Source of the DNA: Candidatus Kaiserbacteria bacterium
Lineage (GTDB): Bacteria; Patescibacteriota; Minisyncoccia; Phycocordibacterales; Phycocordibacteraceae
NCBI GenBank assembly: GCA_016182485.1
Contig: JACPGH010000002.1
Coordinates: forward strand, 26,608 to 90,607
Reading direction: 5' to 3'
Length of the DNA stretch: 64,000 bases
How positions within the stretch are numbered: the first letter of the stretch is position 1; the number at the start of each line of letters is the position of its first letter. A program made the position numbers and the translations under genes. Below the pieces are notes generated by a model. That model was not told the DNA's origin and did no database searches. It saw only the letters and a list, made by a program, of their open reading frames with translations. This document shows positions 35,832 through 45,645 of this stretch, one piece after another.

Positions 35832-37787
35832 TCATGTTAAGGCGTCAATGATATGCGAGAGCGAAGCCGTCGCGACTCCGAGAACCTTGTCCGCGCCGCC
35901 GTAATACATATATACCGTGTCTCCCCGGACAACGGCGCCGCATGAGAATACGACGTTCGCCACGACGCCTTCTTTCTCATATTTCTCAAGAGGTTCGAAG
36001 ATCGGATCGGCCGTGCGCGCTAGCACAGTAGTGCCGTCTTCGCCGAGAAGCACGGCGCCGAGCCGATAGGTGCCGTGGCGGGAGACGCCGTGATATATCA
36101 TGAGCCAGCCGCCGGGTATCGGTATGGGCGGGCCAGCAATGCCTACTTTCGCGCTATCCCACATTCCTCGCCGCGGACTGATGATCTCGATGCAGCGGCT
36201 CGCACGTTTCCCCGACGCGAGGTCGGGGATAATGTCCGCGCAGATCTGATTATTGATACGGTGATAGAGCAGATATTTGCCGTTAATGCGCTCGGGCAAA
36301 AGGGCGAGATCCTTATCGTCAACCCCGTCAGGCGTGAGCAACTGCGGCTGGCTCCAATTCTCGAAGCGGCGTTCGAGAAAATCCTTAACGCTTATCGATG
36401 AGACAGCGCCGGATGGGACATGCGTGCCGTCATAGGCGGTGTATGTCATGTGAAGCGTGCCTGCCCCGAGTGGATCCGAGGAGTCGCCAATGCGGACGAT
36501 ACGCGGGTCTTCGCAGCCGGAATTGCCGGTCGCGTTCCCTCGTTTCATCTCGAAGTCGGCTCGCGGTACGTAGACCGGTTGCGACAATCGCTCATCGATG
36601 ACTGCGCCGTCTTTGGAGACGGCGAGGCCGATAGTCGAAGTATTCGCCGAATCCATTGCTCTATATAGAATATAGACGGCGCCATCGAGCTCTATGGCGG
36701 CCGCGTTGAAAACGCCGGCACTTTCGAAGCCCGAGCCCCGAGGCGCAAGGATCGGGTTCCGCGAATCGCGGATGAACGTGCGCGCAGGGCGCTCCGGATC
36801 GAGCGCGCGCAGGAGATCGTCGAGAGCGACGCTCGCCTTCGCGCATACGGTATCGGCGCCGCCATACCAGATCTCCACCTGCCTGCCGGCAGGCAGAGGC
36901 GCATCATACGTCGTCACACTGGTGGGGAACACAACCTGCGGCACTAGACCGTACTGCTCGTAATATTCCTGTGGGACGAGAAAGGATTCGGTCCGCGAAA
37001 TGCGCTTCCTGGGATCGTCTCGATCGAGAAGAGCGGCTTCTACCGAGAAGATACGGTTGCGCTCGTCGTAATAATTCTGAATGTAGGAATATACGAGAAG
37101 CCACCCTTTGTCCGTGAGCAGAGGAGACGCGCCCACCTCGATATGGTCGGCATCCTCGCGGCGCAGTTCCTCGAGCGCATGTTCCTGGAGCCGCTCGTGC
37201 CAACGCTCCCAATACTCGGGTTCGAAGAATTCCTCGATCTGCTTAGCGCGGGCTATAGCGATAGTCGGCCTCGGGTGCTCCGCCGTCCAATCCGTATGCG
37301 CGGTGAGGAGCATTACCACGTCTCCGTCTATCCGCTCGGGGAAGAGCGTGGCCGCCTTTGCGTTGAAAGGCGTTATCAAATGCCGTTCGGTGAAAGTATC
37401 CGGCTCATCGCCGATAGCCAAAGCCACCTTGATGTTATCGGGGCCGAAAGGGTAGCCCCCGAGCGCGGTATAGAAACAGTACCAACGGCCTTCGAAAAAG
37501 ACCGCCCGCGGGTCCTCGCAGCCGAACGCATCCCAAGGTTCCTGCGGCGCGAGGACCTGCTGCCTCGAATGAAAATGGATGCCGTCCTCGGAGAAGGCCG
37601 TCCCGATGGTCGAAAGCTCGGCCGAGGGAGTCTCTAGCGCGCTCGAGGAGCCGAGCGCGCGGTAATAGATCCGGACGCCCTCGCCGGTCCGAATTGCAGA
37701 CGGGTTGTATGTCGCGACCGACTCCCACGGCCGCTCGCGCTGGGGCGCCAGTATCGGATTATGCGGCTCTCGGCGAATGACGAACAT
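35832..37787 (-). CDS. Tandem two-domain GH130-type glycoside phosphorylase/hydrolase
   Basis: Two propellers, each with NP(I)L..(Y/F)N, GCEDPR, K..LFPE/LLPE and YGGAD. Confidence 0.85.
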   Translation of the reverse strand: MFVIRREPHNPILAPQRERPWESVATYNPSAIRTGEGVRIYYRALGSSSALETPSAELSTIGTAFSEDGIHFHSRQQVLAPQEPWDAFGCEDPRAVFFEGRWYCFYTALGGYPFGPDNIKVALAIGDEPDTFTERHLITPFNAKAATLFPERIDGDVVMLLTAHTDWTAEHPRPTIAIARAKQIEEFFEPEYWERWHERLQEHALEELRREDADHIEVGASPLLTDKGWLLVYSYIQNYYDERNRIFSVEAALLDRDDPRKRISRTESFLVPQEYYEQYGLVPQVVFPTSVTTYDAPLPAGRQVEIWYGGADTVCAKASVALDDLLRALDPERPARTFIRDSRNPILAPRGSGFESAGVFNAAAIELDGAVYILYRAMDSANTSTIGLAVSKDGAVIDERLSQPVYVPRADFEMKRGNATGNSGCEDPRIVRIGDSSDPLGAGTLHMTYTAYDGTHVPSGAVSSISVKDFLERRFENWSQPQLLTPDGVDDKDLALLPERINGKYLLYHRINNQICADIIPDLASGKRASRCIEIISPRRGMWDSAKVGIAGPPIPIPGGWLMIYHGVSRHGTYRLGAVLLGEDGTTVLARTADPIFEPLEKYEKEGVVANVVFSCGAVVRGDTVYMYYGGADKVLGVATASLSHIIDALT

Positions 37788-37794
37788 AGAGTAA

Positions 37795-37802
37795 AGTATA
37801 CT
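37795..37802. promoter_or_regulatory. Palindromic bidirectional -10 element AGTATACT
   Basis: TATACT on each strand lies exactly 7 nt from ATG 37787 (-) and ATG 37810 (+). Confidence 0.7.
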
Positions 37803-37809
37803 ACCGTTA

Positions 37810-39192
37810 ATGAGCAAAAAGCTGGATTTCCAGAGACTTAAAACTCGTCCTTCAGAAAAATACCGCCGTTTCAGAAGTGAGACGGTCGAGCGCGCCATCG
37901 CGAATGTATCAGCGGCCATAGATGATCCCGTCTTGCGCCGAATGTTCGAACAGTGTTTGCCAAACACGCTCGATACGGCGATATATCATCGGAAAGATGC
38001 CAATAGAAATCCGGAGACGTTTATACTCACTGGCGACATCCCTGCAATGTGGCTGCGCGATTCAACTAATCAAGTATGGCCGTACCTGCGGTTCGCCAAA
38101 GCAGATGGCGCGTTACGCACTATGCTCGCCGGTCTCGTGCGCAGTCAGACGAAATGCGTTTTACTCGACCCGTATGCCAATGCATTCATTGATACCAAAC
38201 AAACGCGTAAACATACCAATCCCTGGTGGCCAAAAGGCCCCAAATGGAAAAATGGAATCTGGGAGCGCAAGTATGAACTCGACAGCCTCTGCTCGTTCCT
38301 GCGGCTGTCCGCAGGCTATTACGAGGCGACCGGCGACTTTTCGTCTTTTGGGGCGGCATGGACGCGAGCAGTCGGTCTCGCGCTCGATGTTATGGAGAAT
38401 GAGCAGAAAACGATGCGCAAAGATACACTAAAGTCGCTCTTTCGTTTCGTTGGACCCGACGGCCGGCCGCACCCGGCGATTCGGCTCCAGGGCTACGGAT
38501 ACCCCGGCAAGCATTGCGGATTAGTACGCACCGTCTTTCGCCCCTCCGACGATGAGACTGTCTATCCGTATCTCATTCCAGCCAATGCTATGACCGTTGT
38601 AGCTCTGCGGGCAGTCACGGCGCTCCTGCGAGACATCCGGAAGCCAGCACTCGCGTACAGGGCGCAACGGCTCGCAGATGAAATTGACGCGGGTATCAAA
38701 AAGTACGGCATTGTAGAGCACCCGGAATTAGGACGAATTTTCGCGTACGAGATAGATGGGGCCGGTTCATACTGCCTCATGGACGATCCTAACGTGCCGA
38801 GCTTGCTTTCGCTCCCGTATCTTGGGTACTGTTCGACTAGTGATCCTGTGTATATCGCCACGCGCCAGTTCATTTTAAGCGATTACAATCTTTTCTATGC
38901 GAAAGGGAAGGCGGCTGAAGGGCTTACCAGCCCACATTCAGGTACCGTGAATCGTTTTTGGCCGATGGCGACAATAATCCGAGCAATGACCAGCACCGAT
39001 GCGCAGGAAATCACGGCTTGTCTGCAGACCCTCAAAGAAACCCATGCCGGGACCTATTTTATGCATGAGAGCGTCGATGTTGACGATCCGAAGCGCTTCA
39101 CGCGGCCGTGGTTCAGTTGGGCGAATTCACTTTTCGGCGAATTAATGCTCAAACTAGCTGATTCACATCCGGAGCTGCTCAATAAGAATTAA
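37810..39192 (+). CDS. GH125 exo-alpha-1,6-mannosidase family
   Basis: [44 protein letters not shown] and [13 protein letters not shown] motifs. Confidence 0.92.
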   Translation: MSKKLDFQRLKTRPSEKYRRFRSETVERAIANVSAAIDDPVLRRMFEQCLPNTLDTAIYHRKDANRNPETFILTGDIPAMWLRDSTNQVWPYLRFAKADGALRTMLAGLVRSQTKCVLLDPYANAFIDTKQTRKHTNPWWPKGPKWKNGIWERKYELDSLCSFLRLSAGYYEATGDFSSFGAAWTRAVGLALDVMENEQKTMRKDTLKSLFRFVGPDGRPHPAIRLQGYGYPGKHCGLVRTVFRPSDDETVYPYLIPANAMTVVALRAVTALLRDIRKPALAYRAQRLADEIDAGIKKYGIVEHPELGRIFAYEIDGAGSYCLMDDPNVPSLLSLPYLGYCSTSDPVYIATRQFILSDYNLFYAKGKAAEGLTSPHSGTVNRFWPMATIIRAMTSTDAQEITACLQTLKETHAGTYFMHESVDVDDPKRFTRPWFSWANSLFGELMLKLADSHPELLNKN

Positions 39193-40351
39193 AGGTCTGG
39201 GCGGCAGTTGTGTCGAGCAAAGGCCGGTTGCCTTCAATGAGCGCGTCCAAGAATTCGGCAAGCGGAGCGGTCGCCACGCAGACTACCTTATCCGCGCCGC
39301 CATAGTATATGAACAGCGTGCGGTTTAGGACGACCGCGCCGCAGGCGTACACGATGCCGGGTTTCCCCTCGTTTTCATACCGCGCGTCAGGCGAGAGGAT
39401 CGGGGTCGCGGCGCGGTAGAGTACTCGCGTGGGATCCTCCAGGTCGAGCAGCATGGCTCCAAGCTTGTAAAGGTGCCGCTCGGTCGCACGCGTTGCGTGA
39501 TAGAAAAGGAGCCAGCCTTTATCAGTTTTGATCGGAGGAGGACCGGCTCCGCGTATGACGTTATCCCAATTATCCTCGGGCCCCGCCGCGCACTGGCGCG
39601 GCCCTTCCCAACTCTTGATGTACGGCTCCGTGGTTCCGATCGCGTCTATCGAGTCCCGATACTCTATCTCGACTTTCGGCACGATACTGTGGAGGATCGC
39701 AAATTTGCCGCGGATCTTCTCGGGGAAAATTACCCAATTTTTGTGGATCTGACCCTCCGGAGAGAGCAGGTGCATGGGCCGCCATTTCCAAAACCGTTTC
39801 TCGAGCAAGTCCTCCTCGTCGATCGAGACGCAGGCGACGCGAATGAAATTCCACCCGTCGAACGCGTTATATGTCATATAGATCCGCCCTTCGATAGTGA
39901 CCATGCGCGGGTCCTCGCAGCCTCCCCAGCTGCCGCCCGACGGATACATGACCGGCGAGTAGCGGCGCAGATGAGCCGGAGCGCCTGAAGGTTTTTGGGA
40001 AACATAAACCGGGTAGGGCAAGCGCTCGTCGAAGAGGTAGCCGTCCGGGCTCGAGGCGTAGCCGAGCCGCGAAACGCCGTCCGTACCGATCGCTCGATAG
40101 ATAAGGTGCGTGCGCCCATTGATGACGGCCGCGGCTGGATTGAAAGTCGCCTCCGCTGTCCAGGGACTAGTTCCCGGTCGAAGGATTGGATTCGCCGGAT
40201 GCCGCTCGAGATGGAGCTTACGGAATATTTTCTGCCGAATTTCCGCGACCTTCTTCCGGACAGTTTCCGAGAAGAGTACGCCGAGCAATACTCCGGCGAC
40301 GAAGAGAGAGAATAGAAGGGCGAGGATGTTGACGGCGAAAATGAAATCCAT
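39179..40351 (-). CDS. Membrane-anchored GH130-type glycosidase/phosphorylase
   Basis: N-terminal TM; [23 protein letters not shown] and YYGGAD motifs. Confidence 0.85.
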   Translation of the reverse strand: MDFIFAVNILALLFSLFVAGVLLGVLFSETVRKKVAEIRQKIFRKLHLERHPANPILRPGTSPWTAEATFNPAAAVINGRTHLIYRAIGTDGVSRLGYASSPDGYLFDERLPYPVYVSQKPSGAPAHLRRYSPVMYPSGGSWGGCEDPRMVTIEGRIYMTYNAFDGWNFIRVACVSIDEEDLLEKRFWKWRPMHLLSPEGQIHKNWVIFPEKIRGKFAILHSIVPKVEIEYRDSIDAIGTTEPYIKSWEGPRQCAAGPEDNWDNVIRGAGPPPIKTDKGWLLFYHATRATERHLYKLGAMLLDLEDPTRVLYRAATPILSPDARYENEGKPGIVYACGAVVLNRTLFIYYGGADKVVCVATAPLAEFLDALIEGNRPLLDTTAAQTFNSY

Positions 40352-40412
40352 AAGGAACTATATAGAGCATAACCCACTTGCGGGCGCCGCCGAGCCGTTT
40401 TACACTGCCCTC

Positions 40413-40787
40413 ATGTTGGTAAACGTATGTATCGCGAAGCTCCACCGGGCGACGGTCACGGGCGCGGACCTGAGTTACGTGGGTTCCATTACGATTGACG
40501 AAGCTCTTTTGAACGCCGCCGGTCTTGTGCCGGGGCAGATGGTTACCATAAATAATGTGTCGAATGCGGTCTCATGGCGCACTTACATCCTGAAAGGCAA
40601 GAAAGGGAAGGGCGAGATAATCCTGAACGGGCCGCCGGCGCGCATATTCCAGCGCGGGGACAAGGTCATCATTCTCGGCGAGGGCTGGGTAGACCCGAAG
40701 GAGGCGGCTAAGATGAGCCCGACGGTCGTCTTCATGGACGACAAGAACAAGATCACGGAGGTGAAGAAGGGTTGGCGTCCGGAGTAG
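40413..40787 (+). CDS. panD: Aspartate 1-decarboxylase (pyruvoyl)
   Basis: KLHRATVT, YVG|SITID cleavage site, TY, LNGPPAR and GDKVII; TACACT 6 nt before ATG 40413. Confidence 0.88.
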   Translation: MLVNVCIAKLHRATVTGADLSYVGSITIDEALLNAAGLVPGQMVTINNVSNAVSWRTYILKGKKGKGEIILNGPPARIFQRGDKVIILGEGWVDPKEAAKMSPTVVFMDDKNKITEVKKGWRPE

Positions 40788-40881
40788 TTGGCGGCAGGCG
40801 CGGCGAAGTGTATTGTGGAAGGCGGAAGCCCTTTCATAGGAACGAGAGGGCAAAGCCGCTCGAATAGACAAGGAGGTCCAG

Positions 40882-41865
40882 ATGAATGAGCCCGCGCTGC
40901 CGCGCATCGTCCCTATCACTCCCAACGCGCTCCCGATCGGCTGGCGCACGTTCTTCGCGAAGCATCGGATCCAGCTGCATGTCCTCGTGCTCTATGAGAA
41001 CGAGGCGGAGAACGGCAAGTACTGGCCGGCTCGCGAGATCATCGCACGCGGCCTCGCCCGCGGGGACCATCGTGACGCCAACACAGTCATCGATTCGACG
41101 TCCGGGAACTTCGGCGTGTCGCTGGCGACGGTCGTTCGGCAGGAGAACGAGCGAGACCCGGGGTTCCCGATAAAGAATGTCGCCTGCGTGGTGCCTATAA
41201 GTCTCCCGCAGGGCAAGCGGGATCGGCTGGAGAAGCATGGAGTCCGCCTTATCAACGCCAAGGATTCACTCGATGCCATGCGGGTGGCGAAATGCGAGGC
41301 GCAGAAGCGCGGCTGGTGGCTCACGGGCCAATATTGGAACGTCGACAATAGCCGCGGTTACTGGCGGATCGCCGGGCACATCGCGGAGAAGCTGCCGATG
41401 CTCGGCATGGCGGCATGGGGCGTCGGGAGCGGCGGAGGCTGTTCCGGTGTCATGCCGGTCCTCGACCGGTCGTTTGCACAGCGGAGCTTCAAGCTCCACC
41501 GGGTGGCCGTTGTTCTCGAGGACGGGCACAAGATCGGCGGCGTTCGGGACGAAGCCGCCCTCGAACCAGGCACGCTCAAGTGGCGCGCGCCGAACATCGA
41601 CGACGTCTGTTTCGTCGAGGCCGATCCTTCCTACAAGTTCAGCGCGGCGCTCTGGCGCGAAGGCATTCCCGTCGGGCCAAGCACCGGATTCGCCTGCGAA
41701 GGCGCGTCTCAAGCAGCTCGCAAGCTCGCGATCATGCGGCTGCTCGATACGATTCGCGCGCCTGACGGGTTCGTTCATATCCTCGCCCCGGCGCTCGATA
41801 AGAGAGGCCCCTACCGCTCGGAATACGGAGACAGAAAGATCCTTTTTTCGTCTCCTGATGCGTGA
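40882..41865 (+). CDS. Divergent cysteine synthase-like PLP enzyme (fold type II)
   Basis: DSTSGNFG, QY-N, GVGSGG and REGIPVGPSTG motifs; SD AAGGAGG. Confidence 0.75.
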   Translation: MNEPALPRIVPITPNALPIGWRTFFAKHRIQLHVLVLYENEAENGKYWPAREIIARGLARGDHRDANTVIDSTSGNFGVSLATVVRQENERDPGFPIKNVACVVPISLPQGKRDRLEKHGVRLINAKDSLDAMRVAKCEAQKRGWWLTGQYWNVDNSRGYWRIAGHIAEKLPMLGMAAWGVGSGGGCSGVMPVLDRSFAQRSFKLHRVAVVLEDGHKIGGVRDEAALEPGTLKWRAPNIDDVCFVEADPSYKFSAALWREGIPVGPSTGFACEGASQAARKLAIMRLLDTIRAPDGFVHILAPALDKRGPYRSEYGDRKILFSSPDA

Positions 41866-41885
41866 GCGGCTTCTCGAGAAGATGG

Positions 41886-41927
41886 CCCCGGCTCCGACGT
41901 TGCGTCGGAGCCGGGGTTCCTGTTTTT
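41886..41927 (+). terminator. Rho-independent terminator
   Basis: CCCCGGCTCCGACG-TTG-CGTCGGAGCCGGGG followed by TTCCTGTTTTT. Confidence 0.75.
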
Positions 41928-41960
41928 CGCGGCAGCGCCAACCAGGTTGGCGCTGCCGCG
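41928..41960. repeat. 33-bp palindrome with single-base centre
   Basis: CGCGGCAGCGCCAACC-A-GGTTGGCGCTGCCGCG. Confidence 0.75.
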
Positions 41961-41981
41961 TGCTATCATTTCCGTAATCCC

Positions 41982-42479
41982 ATGCAAAATTCCGCGCTCT
42001 ATCTGCGCTCAATAATTTTCGGGATTAATGACAGCCTCGTCTCCACTGTCGGCTTTCTCGCAGGTATCAGCGCCGCCGGAGTGCCTCGAGCGACCATCGC
42101 GCTCACCGGCGTCGTCTACACCCTCGTGGAGGCATTTTCAATGGCGACGGGCGATTTCTTATCCGAAGAGTCGGCCGAGGAGTATGTCAGCAAGTCCAAG
42201 GTGAACGACCGCCCCTCGGCCATAGCGGCAGGTCTCATGTTCCTCTCCAGCGTGCTTGCAGCCCTCATTCCGCTCGCTCCCTACTTAATATTCCCGGCCG
42301 CCGGCACCGCCCTCATCGTATCCATCTGCGCGTCTATCCTCGCGCTGTTTATAGTGGGATTCATAAGCGGAAGGCTCGCAAGACTCTCTGTCTTATCGCG
42401 CGGCCTGCGGATGGCTGGGCTGGGCGGAGCCGCCATTCTCATCGGCGTTTCCGTGGGATTATTTTTCCCAGTCGCCTGA
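41982..42479 (+). CDS. VIT1/CCC1 family Fe/Mn transporter
   Basis: IIFGINDSLVST, AFSMATGDFLSE and IPLAPY motifs. Confidence 0.88.
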   Translation: MQNSALYLRSIIFGINDSLVSTVGFLAGISAAGVPRATIALTGVVYTLVEAFSMATGDFLSEESAEEYVSKSKVNDRPSAIAAGLMFLSSVLAALIPLAPYLIFPAAGTALIVSICASILALFIVGFISGRLARLSVLSRGLRMAGLGGAAILIGVSVGLFFPVA

Positions 42480-42480
42480 C

Positions 42481-43011
42481 ATGGCCCTCGACGTACAGTT
42501 GTTCTATCTTTTTAATGGCCTCGCCGGCCGGTCGGCTCTGCTTGACCAGATAATCGTCTTTTTCGGGTCGTATCTCCCGTATCTGGTCATCGCAGTATTT
42601 TTTATCCAACTGCTGATTTCCGGTTATTCGTACAGGGAGAAATCGCGGATGCTTCTCGTCGCCTTTGCTTCTGCCGCCATCGCGCGTTGGGGGATGGTGG
42701 ACCTTATCCGCAATTGGTATCACCGGCCGCGGCCGTTCTCGGCGCTGCCTGTGCGCCAATTGCTCGAGAACAGCGAATGGTCTTTCCCGTCCGGACATGC
42801 CGCTTTCTTTTTCGCGCTTGCGACGGCCGTGTTCTTCTATGACAGGCGGTGGGGGACCGGGCTTTTTACCGCGGCCATTTTCATTTCTTTCGCCCGAGTC
42901 GCCGCCGGCGTCCACTATCCCTCCGATATATTGGGCGGAGCCGTTCTAGGCATCCTCGCCGCCTGGGCGGTACGTTTAATTGCACTAAGGATATTAAGTA
43001 AAGAGGTTTAA
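42481..43011 (+). CDS. PAP2 phosphatase (undecaprenyl-PP phosphatase BcrC-like)
   Basis: RPRPF, SFPSGH and RVAAGVHYPSDI motifs. Confidence 0.9.
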   Translation: MALDVQLFYLFNGLAGRSALLDQIIVFFGSYLPYLVIAVFFIQLLISGYSYREKSRMLLVAFASAAIARWGMVDLIRNWYHRPRPFSALPVRQLLENSEWSFPSGHAAFFFALATAVFFYDRRWGTGLFTAAIFISFARVAAGVHYPSDILGGAVLGILAAWAVRLIALRILSKEV

Positions 43012-43122
43012 CCTCTTTACTTATCGCGAGGAGCGATTATTCGAACCCATTGACTTTTGCTTGTCAATATGCTAGTATAAAAAAACCTAGATAGCTAGCC
43101 GCTATTTTGGTCAATCTAAGCA

Positions 43123-43695
43123 ATGCCAATCGTAGGAGCCCTTATGGGGTTTTTCTTTTTCCCCGCAGTGGCGGTCACTGCGCCGACGCCTACGCTCGTG
43201 TCGGCGCCGAAAATAATCCCCGATCTCCCGACATATATTGTGGGGATTACCGGCTATAACGCCGTGCCGGAGCAGACCGACGAGGACCCCTTCACTACGG
43301 CCTCTGGCGCCTACTCCAACCCTGAAGTCATCGCGGCCCGGTCCCGGGATTTCGCCGAGGAACTCCCGTTCGGGACCATCATTGAATTCGCCGCTCCTGC
43401 GGAGAGACAGCAGAATTGCGGGTACGATGCCGTTTCTCCAGAGATCGGCTACCGGATAATCGCGGACACCATGAATGCGCGCTATACGAATCGAGTCGAT
43501 ATCCTATTTGCCACCTCCTCTGTGTACTCTGTTAGTGGCGGCAAACGCAATGCGAGCGAGCTGCTTGGCAACTGCCGCGGCGTTACTATCCGCGTCGTCG
43601 GGCGCCTCGACGGCACCCGCCCGTATAGGTTCCCGAAGACTCAAGCCGCGCTCGCAGCTCTTGTCCGTGGCATCGAGCCGCTCGCGGTCAGGTAG
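43123..43695 (+). CDS. 3D domain protein (MltA-like cell-wall enzyme fold)
   Basis: TGYN...QTDEDPFTTASG, PFGT, DTM..RY..RVDI; promoter TTGACT-17-TAGTAT at 43050-43078. Confidence 0.8.
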   Translation: MPIVGALMGFFFFPAVAVTAPTPTLVSAPKIIPDLPTYIVGITGYNAVPEQTDEDPFTTASGAYSNPEVIAARSRDFAEELPFGTIIEFAAPAERQQNCGYDAVSPEIGYRIIADTMNARYTNRVDILFATSSVYSVSGGKRNASELLGNCRGVTIRVVGRLDGTRPYRFPKTQAALAALVRGIEPLAVR

Positions 43696-43754
43696 TTAGC
43701 AGAGCACAAATAAAATTCGGAGGTCGCGTATCCGAATTTCATTCCTGATTTGCC

Positions 43755-44483
43755 CTATGCCCTCCGCGCCAGAATGAACGGCGTGAATTCTTCGGACTGG
43801 CCGGATGGATTATCGCGGAACAGTTCTTGCGCGAATTTTTCAGTAACTCCGCTGCCCGCGATTCCGAGCGTGAAGGACCCGCGGTAGTTGGCGTCGATGA
43901 TTACGACGTCATTGCCAAAGCGCTCCTTGATTTCCTTCGCTACCTTCCAAGGCTTGATAGGCGCAAGCTTCGCATAATGCAGATACGGGTGAATTGAGAA
44001 GGACATGGGGCAGTCGACCGACTTCGCCTGTTTGCCGACGAGATAATAGAACGCCCCTCGGATGCCGAGCGGCTTGGTTATCGCCGCAACAGCCGCCGCG
44101 AAAATGGCTCGCAGATATCCCGCTTCTTCTATGAGAAGTTGCATTCCCATCGCCGTCCCGTGCCCGAAACCTTTGAACTCCTTTGTGTGGAGCTTATTTT
44201 CGACTTTGCGAGCGAGCAGGCGGGCGAGCGGGGTCACTTTAATGTTGCGATAGGGAATGATGCGGCCTTGCGTTAGCGCTACGATCTTCTCGCTGATGAA
44301 TAGGATGTCACCGGGCTCGAGGTGCGGCCGCACGTATTTCTCAAGCGCGGCCATAAGGTCGTCCTTCTCGGTGATAAGGCCGGTCTTGATGGGCAAACGC
44401 AAATAAATCCCTCGGCTAGAGTCGATTTCAAGCGTTCTCGAGCCATTGGGTTTGAATATTTTTTCCACCGACTGTGTCGACAT
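43755..44483 (-). CDS. F420-0:gamma-glutamyl ligase-like protein
   Basis: GDILFISEKIVALTQGR, IIDAN and DNPSGQSEEFTP motifs. Confidence 0.75.
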   Translation of the reverse strand: MSTQSVEKIFKPNGSRTLEIDSSRGIYLRLPIKTGLITEKDDLMAALEKYVRPHLEPGDILFISEKIVALTQGRIIPYRNIKVTPLARLLARKVENKLHTKEFKGFGHGTAMGMQLLIEEAGYLRAIFAAAVAAITKPLGIRGAFYYLVGKQAKSVDCPMSFSIHPYLHYAKLAPIKPWKVAKEIKERFGNDVVIIDANYRGSFTLGIAGSGVTEKFAQELFRDNPSGQSEEFTPFILARRA

Positions 44484-44501
44484 GGTTCCAGTGTATCATG
44501 A

Positions 44502-44538
44502 CAAAGAACGCGCCCCGCTAAAGCGGGGCGCGTTCTTT
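44502..44538. terminator. Terminator of the cold-shock gene
   Basis: AAAGAACGCGCCCCGCT-AA-AGCGGGGCGCGTTCTTT. Confidence 0.8.
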
Positions 44539-44551
44539 CAATCAATCCGAC

Positions 44552-44761
44552 CTAGACCTTGTTCACATTGAGCGCGTTCGGACCCTTAGGGCTAGAACCG
44601 ATCTCAAAGGAGACCTTATCTCCTTCCTGAAGCTCGTCGAACGAAATGTTCTTGAGCTCGTTGGAATGGAAGAAAAGGTCCTTATCGCCATCACTGGAAC
44701 CAGTGACTTTGATGAAGCCGAAGCCCTTTTCGTTTTTCCTGACGACTGTGCCGTCTTGCAT
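44552..44761 (-). CDS. Cold-shock domain protein
   Basis: KGFGFI (RNP1), DLFFH (RNP2) and KGPNA motifs. Confidence 0.92.
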   Translation of the reverse strand: MQDGTVVRKNEKGFGFIKVTGSSDGDKDLFFHSNELKNISFDELQEGDKVSFEIGSSPKGPNALNVNKV

Positions 44762-44936
44762 GTTCCTAGATAATTTATGTGGCTAGTATATCAAGTCAGT
44801 CAGCCGAAAGAGAGGCTCGATCCCACTTCTCCGGATCCAGCGCTGGTTGATAAGTGAAAGATAGCACCTTATACAATTTAGTCAACATCCACCGGATGGC
44901 GTTCGTGAATGCTACACTGTTAAGAACCATTCTGCC

Positions 44937-45629
44937 ATGCCTCAGAAGCAAACTTTTTCCTATAAAGACCTGTTTTCGCGGCCACACCTGGTCTCTCTCG
45001 TAACCGCGCTTATCATGCTTGGCACGGCCTACATTGCCGCTCATTTCGCTTACATTTATGCGGCCGAATACTCGGTGCGTCCGACGACGCGGTACGTGGG
45101 GGACCTCTTTCTCGACAACCTGCCGATCGTGGATCTCAATTTTCTTATAATTGAGACGGCCCTCATAGCATTCGTTTCCTCTATCGCATACATGCTCTAT
45201 CATCCGCGCTCGATCCTCTTTTCGCTCAAGGCGCTCGCGCTCTTTGTCGCGATACGGGCCATATTCATATCGCTCACGCACCTCGGAGTGTATCCGGGGC
45301 AGCTCTATCCCGGGGACGGCTTCTTCGATTCCATATACGTATTCCTCAACTTGCAATCCGGTTTCTTTTTCTCCGGCCACACGGGCTTGCCCTTCCTAGC
45401 CGCGATGATCTTCTGGGACCACCGGCTCGCCAGGTCCGCGTTCCTTGTCCTCACGGCTGTCTTCGCCGTCTCTATGCTCTTAGTGCGTGCGCATTACTCC
45501 ATTGACGTTTTCGCCGCGCCGTTCATGGCCTATGGCATATTCGGCTTAACGCGGTATCTATTCCCGCGTGACTACGCGCTCTCCGGCGCCCAATTCGTCG
45601 AGCCCTCCGACATACCCAAGCCTGAATAA
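44937..45629 (+). CDS. PAP2/sphingomyelin-synthase-like membrane phosphotransferase
   Basis: FFSGHT and HYSIDV motifs; about 6 TMs. Confidence 0.75.
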   Translation: MPQKQTFSYKDLFSRPHLVSLVTALIMLGTAYIAAHFAYIYAAEYSVRPTTRYVGDLFLDNLPIVDLNFLIIETALIAFVSSIAYMLYHPRSILFSLKALALFVAIRAIFISLTHLGVYPGQLYPGDGFFDSIYVFLNLQSGFFFSGHTGLPFLAAMIFWDHRLARSAFLVLTAVFAVSMLLVRAHYSIDVFAAPFMAYGIFGLTRYLFPRDYALSGAQFVEPSDIPKPE

Positions 45630-45645
45630 ATAAGAATTGAATCTA

